IMG/VR virus record: IMGVR_UViG_2061766007_000564
DNA: 35,363 nt
Reading direction: 5' to 3' (one strand)
Source: an uncultured virus (IMG/VR IMGVR_UViG_2061766007_000564)
Lineage: Duplodnaviria; Heunggongvirae; Uroviricota; Caudoviricetes
Position numbers and translations under genes: made by a program. Of this stretch, positions 10,983 through 17,858 are shown in pieces. Every line of letters starts with the position of its first letter. The first letter of the stretch is position 1. Below the pieces are notes generated by a model. The model was not told the origin of the DNA. It worked only from the letters and a program-made list of their open reading frames with translations, and made no database searches.

Positions 10983-11103
10983 GAGTTTATGCCCCCTCGA
11001 GGGGGCTTCCGCATGCCAAATATGGCAATTTTCCGCTACGGCGGAGTATTTCCGCCTCCGGTAGCGGGTTTTCCCCCGGGAAACCGCCCAGGAGCCGGGT
11101 AAC

Positions 11104-11310
11104 CCCGACTCCACTAAGTACTATAGATATGTTTACGGTTTTTACCATCTGTTCCGGCAGGTTTCCAACCCGTTTTTCACGGGCTGGAGCCCGACTCCAC
11201 TAAGTACTGTAGATATGTTTACGGTTTTTACCTGGTGTTTCCTGGTTCATCTACGTGTGTACGGATGGGTGGAGCCTCAACACTACTATGAACTGTCAAT
11301 ATGTTTACGG
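11104..11310. repeat. Three direct repeats with 86-bp period and hairpin-forming spacers
   Basis: 43-bp copies at 11104-11146 and 11190-11232 differ by one base; a degenerate third copy ends at 11310. Core ATATGTTTACGG starts at 11127, 11213 and 11299. Confidence 0.9.
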
Positions 11311-11359
11311 ATATCGGGCGGAAAATCGTCAAAAAATTGTCCCTGACGGGCTCCCGGGG

Positions 11360-11388
11360 TTGACCGGGAGGGGGCCGTTTGCTATATT
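11360..11388 (+). promoter_or_regulatory. Sigma70-like promoter (leaderless) for 11395 and the helicase gene
   Basis: TTGACC-N17-TATATT with extended -10 TGn; ATG 6 nt downstream. Confidence 0.7.
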
Positions 11389-11394
11389 CATCGC

Positions 11395-11862
11395 ATGGAA
11401 CCTATGGATTTTCGCAAACTGAACGCCGCCAGGGTGGTTCTCTGCCCTGCCCTTGACGTATCTGCCGGGGTAGTTTCCGGTTCTATGGAGTACAGTGTCT
11501 ATCTGTCGATGTCCGGCGGGGTCCCGACCGAGAGGTGCGGGGAACTTCCCGAGATTTCCGACGGCGTGGAGGACGCGGACCTGTTTTACCGGGCGCTGGA
11601 CCGGGCAATCCACTCGTATGTCGACTGGTCGGCGCGTTTCGCCTACCTCAGGAAGTGGGGCGGGATGTTCCGGGAGACCGGTTTCAAGTTCATGCCGTCC
11701 CACCAGTACAAGGTCATCATGTGGGTTGACTCGCTTGACGGCGAAGGGTACGTGTTCTCGTTCCTTCCGCTGCGCGAGTCCGGCAAGGTATCGCCGGACA
11801 CGGTGCCGGAGGCGGCGCACAGCGTACACGTGACGTTCGCATCGCTCGAAGAGGGGGCGTGA
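11395..11862 (+). CDS. Hypothetical protein (155 aa)
   Basis: ORF directly after the promoter; its stop overlaps the next start (TGATG), suggesting translational coupling. Confidence 0.7.
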   Translation: MEPMDFRKLNAARVVLCPALDVSAGVVSGSMEYSVYLSMSGGVPTERCGELPEISDGVEDADLFYRALDRAIHSYVDWSARFAYLRKWGGMFRETGFKFMPSHQYKVIMWVDSLDGEGYVFSFLPLRESGKVSPDTVPEAAHSVHVTFASLEEGA

Positions 11863-13721
11863 TGGATTCCCAGTTCAACGTGACGGTAACGTTCGACAAC
11901 GTGGACGGCGTCTTGGCGAAGATGCACGTTACCGGTGAGAATCCCAGTGCGAACCGGGATGTGCTCAGGTACACGCTGAACACGCTGACCTACTACGACA
12001 AGTCGAAGAAGTTCACCTGGGCCGCGAAGCACGGGTATGACGACTGCCTGGTCAAGTTCTTTGACGGCCGCGCGCGCACCCTTCCCATAGGCCTGATACC
12101 CAGGCTCTCCCATTACCTGAAGGATGCCTACAAGGGCCAGGTTTCCGTGAAGATTACGCGGTCGATACGGGAGATGTTCACTCCCCCGTTCGGACCGATT
12201 TCTTCCGATGTCGTCCGCTCGTTCGAGCGCACTCTGAACATGTACGACCAGGGCAAGTACCTCGAGAAGGTTGCCGAGAACCCGAACCTGCAGAAGTCCG
12301 ATTTCAGCCTGAAGATGTTCGACCACCAGGAGCGCATAGTGCTGGAGGCGCTTAACCGCAGGAGGGTTTCGATTCTCGCTTGCACGAGCTCCGGCAAGAG
12401 CATGTCCATGATGGTCATAGCACGCTACCTGATGGAGCGCGAGCACAAGAAAATCCTGATTATCGTCCCCAACGCCGCGCTCGTCAAGCAGCTCTACCGG
12501 AACTTCGAGATGGACTACGGCTGGGAGGAGGCCAAGGACTTCTGCACACAGATTTACAGCGGGTCGTCCGACAAGCTTTCCAAGAAGAAGATTGCCGAGC
12601 TGAAGAAGCTGTCCATCGGCGAGGAGATGACGCTCAAGCAGATTACGATTTCCACGTGGCAGTCGCTGAGGCTGAAGGACGACTCGTTCTTCAAGGTGTT
12701 CTCCGCGGTGCTCGTCGACGAGGCGCATTCCGCCAAGGGCGAGGAATTGAGGAACATCCTGGCGAAGTGCATCTACGCCAACAACTTCAAGGTGGGGTTT
12801 TCCGGGACATTGCCGGATGCCGAGCTGGCCAACGAGAACGTGTCGAACCATATCGACGCCGGGTATATCGAGGGAGGACTCGGGCCGAAGCTCGACGTCA
12901 TCCACCTGAAGGACCTCATCAGGATGGGAATCCTGACTCCCTTGGAAATCAAGGCGATATTCATCCCGTACCCGATGAAGCTGAGGCCGGCAATCTGCTC
13001 GGACAAGACCAAGTACGAGGACGAGCGTGCCATTGTCACCGAGAACAGTTCGCGCAAGGATGTCATCGGTATGCTGTTTGACGGCGGCCGGATAAATACC
13101 GAACAGAACACGGTAATCCTCTTCAACTTCAAGGACCATCTCCATGAGTTCTACGAGATGATGAAGGAGAAGCACCCTGAGTACAAGTACCTGGTCGTCG
13201 AGGGCGACGTCGCAATCGACGAACGTGACGACATCAGTCTTGAGATGGAGAAGTCCACCGGCCATATCCTCATCGCGACATACGGGTGCATGAAGCAGGG
13301 CGTCAATATCAAGCTGCTGCACAACCTGGTCTTGGCCGAGCCGATGAAGTCGGCATATACAATCGTGCAATCATTGGGTAGAATTGTCCGCAAGCATCCG
13401 GACAAGAAGCTGGCGACTACGTACGATATCGTGGATGACGCCACGTACTATACAAACCCGAGGAACGGTGGCCCGGGAACCCGTCAGTACAACTACATGA
13501 TGCGCCATTACTATGAGCGGGTCAAGTACTATGCTGCCGAGGACCTTCCCATAGAGGAGATACACCTGGACGGGATATACGAGGCTGCGGTTACACCGGA
13601 CGATATCAAGAAGCGCCGGGAACGTGCCGCGGAACAGGCTGCCAAGCAGGCGGCAAAGCACCCGCAGCGGTTCACCATGTCGAATGGCGGATTCGGTAAT
13701 CGGACGATGTTTACCCGTTAA
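11862..13721 (+). CDS. uvsW: UvsW-like SF2 DNA helicase
   Basis: Walker A ACTSSGKS, IIVPN, STWQSL, VLVDEAH, GFSGT, QGVNIKLLHNLVLA and QSLGRIVR, in a T4 UvsW-like layout. Confidence 0.85.
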   Translation: MDSQFNVTVTFDNVDGVLAKMHVTGENPSANRDVLRYTLNTLTYYDKSKKFTWAAKHGYDDCLVKFFDGRARTLPIGLIPRLSHYLKDAYKGQVSVKITRSIREMFTPPFGPISSDVVRSFERTLNMYDQGKYLEKVAENPNLQKSDFSLKMFDHQERIVLEALNRRRVSILACTSSGKSMSMMVIARYLMEREHKKILIIVPNAALVKQLYRNFEMDYGWEEAKDFCTQIYSGSSDKLSKKKIAELKKLSIGEEMTLKQITISTWQSLRLKDDSFFKVFSAVLVDEAHSAKGEELRNILAKCIYANNFKVGFSGTLPDAELANENVSNHIDAGYIEGGLGPKLDVIHLKDLIRMGILTPLEIKAIFIPYPMKLRPAICSDKTKYEDERAIVTENSSRKDVIGMLFDGGRINTEQNTVILFNFKDHLHEFYEMMKEKHPEYKYLVVEGDVAIDERDDISLEMEKSTGHILIATYGCMKQGVNIKLLHNLVLAEPMKSAYTIVQSLGRIVRKHPDKKLATTYDIVDDATYYTNPRNGGPGTRQYNYMMRHYYERVKYYAAEDLPIEEIHLDGIYEAAVTPDDIKKRRERAAEQAAKQAAKHPQRFTMSNGGFGNRTMFTR

Positions 13722-13732
13722 GGAAAGCTGCC

Positions 13733-16510
13733 TTATTCTTCAAGTGCCCAGTTTGGATTGTGGCCGATAAAATAACCGATATTCATTTCGGCCCAGTCAC
13801 TGTCTCTCATTTTGCGTTGAATGTCACTGCCGTTCCTAGCATCGTATTTTTCGATGAACTTGGCTAGATGGCTACGCAGCGATTCGAGCGATGGTTCCCA
13901 GTCGAGTTCCTTTTCGTTGATGACATCGTATAGGAATTTCCTTGCGCCGTCGGATACAATGGCGATGTTGGTAGGCTTCACGACATGCAGTGAGTCGACC
14001 CACCCAATGTTTGATTGCACTAGCTGATGGTCCAGTTTGCCGTCCGTTGTCGTTTTCCTGACTTTGTAAATGCTGAACTTGCCTTCCAGGGTCCTTACCT
14101 GGTATACGCCGTCGCTCCAGGCCTCAGAACACAGCACTCGCGACCCGGAAAGTGCGGGAGATATTGGTTTGCCTGTCGTCCGGTCAACGAATATCATCCA
14201 ATCCGCCTCGTTTATGTGCTTGTCCTTACATCCAAAGATTGTCGGTTGTGTGCCGTACATGTAACTTAGTTTGGTGAATTTTGGTGTACGGTGAGTGCCA
14301 TCGGTGTCGGCTATTACATAGGGCAGTGCGTCGTCGCCGGTCTTCATCACTATGGCCTCGTCGCTGTAGGGGAACGAACCGCGCGGGACTGGCCGGTCAT
14401 ATATAGGCTTGAGTGTATCCATATTTATGAGATAGGTATCACCGTTTGCGTCGGTACATTCGAATACTTCTTCACCAAATGAAGAGTAGTATCCGTGATA
14501 ATGTGAGCGTACCCAGGGGGTTTCCATATGTGGCACCGGCTTGATATCTGTATATTTCCCGTCAAGAATGGGACCGTCCTTCCAGTAAACTTCAGCGAAC
14601 TGGTCTCCACGTCTTCTATAGATGCCCTTGGTCGGAGGTTCATCCAGGTCAGTTGCTATGAACTCGCAACGCATCAGTGAGAATATCGAGTATGACCCGT
14701 CTTCCATTTCCAGCACGAGTACTTTGTCACCATCGAAGTGGTGTTCGTGCCCGTAATCGCGGCTTTCGAATTCACATATTTTTTCGGGTCTTCCGTTACG
14801 GATGACCATGAGGTCGCTGCCGACGTTGTATGCGACAATTACATGGCCTCGGCTCGGATAGACACATTCCATGAACGCGAGGCCTGGACACAGGCCCGGG
14901 GATACGAGTCTGGTAATTTTCTTTGTTTCCCTATTGTATGCCAGCACTTCCGGCTGGCCGTTAGCGTATTCGGTATCAGTCGGGTCGTATTCTTCTTCCC
15001 AGTATTCTTCCTTCGGTTCTACATTCTCATCACAAATTATGATGCCTTCTTCCGGGTAAATCTCAATGTCGGAGTGCATCGCGGTAATCTTGCGACCGGA
15101 TGCGTCAATCAAGAAAGTATCGTCATCCTGGTCATTTAATCTAACCTCGTACACTCCGGACAGTTCGGTACCTTCGACGTTATCCATGAATTGATAGCCA
15201 TAGGAATCTTCTGATGACCCGCCTATCAGGTTTGCGATGCCGCCGTGTCCAACCAATACGTAGGCGAATTCAGCGTATCCCCATTCGTCTTCCAGAGTGA
15301 ACGTGAGACGGATGGCTTCATTATCGAGAACCTCGACCGCCGTCGGCTCGTAACCTTCCAAATCATATACGGGACGGCCATCCGCTGCATTGACCAGTAT
15401 TTCTAGGTCTGCCTTTTCGAGATGCATGCTAACCATTCGGTACTCATCCCATTTATGGTCAAATCCAATTTCCTGTATGTTGCCGCCATTTTCCTTGTAA
15501 ACATCCATCGGGTTCCGGCCAGCGGCAATTTCTTCCACCAAGTGGCTGAACGATTCTGCGGTGCCGGTGATTTTGGCCTTAGGCGGGCATAACACACTGA
15601 GCGGGCGTCCGAGCAGTTCCTCGAGCTCTTCAACGTCCAGCTCGTGGTCCGATGCGCCGTGGCTATAGTTCCACCTTACACAGCAATGCTCCAGGGTTCC
15701 CCGCAGTCCAATCATAATTCCTATGAGGGAAAGACCGTATTCATCCTTTGGGCAATTTTTACCTACTTTGGCGGTCATATCTTCCGCACCGGGGGCGATT
15801 AGATAGTATGCTGTGTTCCTGCCGTTTTTCGTGTAGCGGTTCCAGTACCCATTATCCTCTATGATACACCATCTGTCATTCGGGTTGGAATCAAAGAAGT
15901 GGGTGTATTGCTGCGACTGCGCAAAGGATTCAATATGCACAACCCTGTAGTTCGTATGCCCGGTATCCACCATGTCGGTACTGGTGCTTTCTCCGGTTCG
16001 GCTTCCGAAACGCGCCAGTAGTTCATCCAGGTTCATCCCATCCAGGTCGAACGAGAAGTCGTTGATGTGCGCTTCACCGCTGAGCAATCCGACTATCCGT
16101 CTTACATCGGGAATCAGGTCATCCTTGGGCGCAGGCTTGTTGCTGCGGTAGTCGTACAGGTTTTCCGGCCACAGGCCCATGTCGAGCAGGGCTATCCTTG
16201 CGATACCCGGCTCGTACCTGTCCGGCATCCCGCGCCTATGGAAGAATTCTCCGCGGATGTACGATTCCAGCACCATGGCCCAGCTCATTTCGTTCCCGTG
16301 CTGGGAGATGAACGGTTCCTCTTTCTCGTTCATGGCCACCGAGTCCCATCCACCGGGAGGTTCCTCCATGAATTGCCGGATGGCCCGTCGGGTCTTCTGG
16401 GCAGGGTTCAAACCTTCGAAAAGGGCGGAAAACGCCGTCGTGGCGGCCTCAATCATTGGTTTTGAGACCCTTTCTATCTCCAGATGCTTTCTGAACTCGG
16501 TGTAATTCAT
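13733..16510 (-). CDS. Large hypothetical protein (925 aa): W-C/'NCPxDEYG' domain plus acidic C-terminal beta-repeats
   Basis: Domain shared with 512-1672. C-terminal strands FLIDASGRKI, YLINMDTLKPI and IFVDRTTGKPI resemble WG-like beta repeats. Confidence 0.8.
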   Translation of the reverse strand: MNYTEFRKHLEIERVSKPMIEAATTAFSALFEGLNPAQKTRRAIRQFMEEPPGGWDSVAMNEKEEPFISQHGNEMSWAMVLESYIRGEFFHRRGMPDRYEPGIARIALLDMGLWPENLYDYRSNKPAPKDDLIPDVRRIVGLLSGEAHINDFSFDLDGMNLDELLARFGSRTGESTSTDMVDTGHTNYRVVHIESFAQSQQYTHFFDSNPNDRWCIIEDNGYWNRYTKNGRNTAYYLIAPGAEDMTAKVGKNCPKDEYGLSLIGIMIGLRGTLEHCCVRWNYSHGASDHELDVEELEELLGRPLSVLCPPKAKITGTAESFSHLVEEIAAGRNPMDVYKENGGNIQEIGFDHKWDEYRMVSMHLEKADLEILVNAADGRPVYDLEGYEPTAVEVLDNEAIRLTFTLEDEWGYAEFAYVLVGHGGIANLIGGSSEDSYGYQFMDNVEGTELSGVYEVRLNDQDDDTFLIDASGRKITAMHSDIEIYPEEGIIICDENVEPKEEYWEEEYDPTDTEYANGQPEVLAYNRETKKITRLVSPGLCPGLAFMECVYPSRGHVIVAYNVGSDLMVIRNGRPEKICEFESRDYGHEHHFDGDKVLVLEMEDGSYSIFSLMRCEFIATDLDEPPTKGIYRRRGDQFAEVYWKDGPILDGKYTDIKPVPHMETPWVRSHYHGYYSSFGEEVFECTDANGDTYLINMDTLKPIYDRPVPRGSFPYSDEAIVMKTGDDALPYVIADTDGTHRTPKFTKLSYMYGTQPTIFGCKDKHINEADWMIFVDRTTGKPISPALSGSRVLCSEAWSDGVYQVRTLEGKFSIYKVRKTTTDGKLDHQLVQSNIGWVDSLHVVKPTNIAIVSDGARKFLYDVINEKELDWEPSLESLRSHLAKFIEKYDARNGSDIQRKMRDSDWAEMNIGYFIGHNPNWALEE

Positions 16511-16519
16511 AACACGGGT

Positions 16520-16527
16520 AGTTTATC
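16520..16527 (-). promoter_or_regulatory. GATAAACT variant of the late-type motif
   Basis: One mismatch to TATAAACT, 9 nt upstream of ATG 16510. Confidence 0.5.
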
Positions 16528-16538
16528 TATTTGGAAGA

Positions 16539-16549
16539 TTTGCTATATT
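16539..16549 (+). promoter_or_regulatory. Extended -10 promoter TTTGCTATATT (leaderless) for NIF3-dut
   Basis: Same 11-mer as 11378-11388 and the same 6-nt distance to the ATG (16556). Confidence 0.65.
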
Positions 16550-16555
16550 TGGGGT

Positions 16556-17338
16556 ATGAAATTTGCGGAATTTGATTCGAAGCTCAATAACCTGCTCATG
16601 CCGTGGAAGTTCGACGACTTCTGTCCGAACGGTTGCCTGGTGGAACCTTTCCTCGGGGACAATCACCGGGTCAAGAAGGTGGTCACCGGGGTAAGCCTCC
16701 GGGATGAACTCATCGACCGAGCCATCAAGGCGAAGGCCGACGTCCTCGTGGTGCACCACCCGAACGGCTTCTGGAAATCCGAGAAGGACAAGCGCCTTGT
16801 CGGTACGTTCGGACGGTACATGACCAAGCTGGTCAGGCACGGTATCGCCCTGTACGGCTTCCATCTCCCGCTTGACGCACACGAGGAAGTCGGGAACAAC
16901 ATCTGCATCGCTCGTGAATTGCAGCTTGGTGACCGCGCTGAGGATTACGAGGAGCCTAGTCGGTTCATGGAACAGGATATCGGCGTCATTGCGAATACCC
17001 GGGTGAACAAGGAGGTCCTCGACCGCGCGTTCCCGCATGGGTGGCAGGCGTTCGGCCCTGCTCTCGAGGACAAGCCTTACATTGTCGGCATCTGCTCCGG
17101 CAGCGGGACCTCTGGCCTGCAGGTCGCGGTCGACTGCGGCTGCACCATGTTCGTCACCGGGGAAATCCGGGAGTCTACACCGATTTTCGCACAGGAGAAC
17201 GACATCACGGTCATTTCGGCTGGCCACCACCGGTCCGAGGTGTTCTGTGTACGGGCCCTGGCCGAATACATCAGCGCGAGACGGGACCTGTTCCCTGGCG
17301 TACGCGCACAGTTCATAGATATTGACAATCCAATTTAA
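16556..17338 (+). CDS. NIF3/YbgI-like dinuclear metal-centre protein
   Basis: D..PNG.LV, VKKVVTGVS, ADVLVVHHP, LYGFHLPLDAH.EVGNN, CSGSG, FVTGE, AGHHRSE and FIDIDNPI motifs. True start is probably MKFAEF at 16556. Confidence 0.9.
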   Translation: MKFAEFDSKLNNLLMPWKFDDFCPNGCLVEPFLGDNHRVKKVVTGVSLRDELIDRAIKAKADVLVVHHPNGFWKSEKDKRLVGTFGRYMTKLVRHGIALYGFHLPLDAHEEVGNNICIARELQLGDRAEDYEEPSRFMEQDIGVIANTRVNKEVLDRAFPHGWQAFGPALEDKPYIVGICSGSGTSGLQVAVDCGCTMFVTGEIRESTPIFAQENDITVISAGHHRSEVFCVRALAEYISARRDLFPGVRAQFIDIDNPI

Positions 17339-17347
17339 GGAGAACAT

Positions 17348-17785
17348 ATGTCATTACCAAAGACAATTACCGTACAGTACCTTGACGAAACCGTAAAGCG
17401 TCTGTCCGAAAACGAGAAGGGCGACTGGATTGACCTTTATGCGGCCCAGACCGTCGAGCTGAAGCAGGGCGAGCACAAGCTCATCCATCTCGGCGTGGCG
17501 ATGAAGCTGCCGGAAGGTTACGAGGCGCATATCGTGCCCCGCTCCTCCACTTACAAGAAATGGGGCATCATCCAGGCCAACCATGTCGGCATCATCGACA
17601 ATTCCTATTCCGGACCGAATGACTGGTGGATGATGTCCGTAATCGCAATGCGCGATACCGTCATCAACAAGGACGACAAGATTTGCCAGTTCCGCATCAT
17701 CGAACGCCAGCCGTCCATCTTTTTCGACGAGGGGAAGATGGAAGGCGAGGACCGTGGCGGATTCGGCTCTACCGGGAGCAAGTAG
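17348..17785 (+). CDS. dut: Trimeric dUTPase
   Basis: Motifs GDWIDL, IVPRSS, GIIDNSYSG, KICQF and RGGFGSTG; RBS AAGGAG. Confidence 0.92.
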   Translation: MSLPKTITVQYLDETVKRLSENEKGDWIDLYAAQTVELKQGEHKLIHLGVAMKLPEGYEAHIVPRSSTYKKWGIIQANHVGIIDNSYSGPNDWWMMSVIAMRDTVINKDDKICQFRIIERQPSIFFDEGKMEGEDRGGFGSTGSK

Positions 17786-17806
17786 AGCTACTCAGTTTGC
17801 CATAAC

Positions 17807-17841
17807 AAGGTGCCGGGAACGTCGAGTTCCTGGCACTTTTT
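17807..17841 (+). terminator. Rho-independent terminator after dut
   Basis: AAGGTGCCGGGAAC-GTCGA-GTTCCTGGCACTTTTT. Confidence 0.75.
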
Positions 17842-17843
17842 GA

Positions 17844-17851
17844 TATAAACT
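17844..17851 (+). promoter_or_regulatory. TATAAACT late-type promoter motif
   Basis: Exact motif 7 nt before ATG 17859; no Shine-Dalgarno sequence. Confidence 0.65.
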
Positions 17852-17858
17852 GGCGAAT

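Noticed and set aside
10947..11114. N-terminal 56-aa extension of the polymerase ORF from GTG 11114
   Set aside because: It overlaps the promoter, hairpins and first repeat; ATG 10946 fits the promoter spacing better.
11104..11310. Calling this a CRISPR array
   Set aside because: Only two good repeats, no cas genes, no typical repeat termini, and the spacers share structure and a TGGAG end. Reported as an unexplained repeat instead.
11643..13370. Long antisense ORFs (575 aa here; also 9777-11102, 17898-18788, 29057-30520, 31340-32470)
   Set aside because: Shadow frames of GC3-rich real genes that carry recognisable motifs on the opposite strand.
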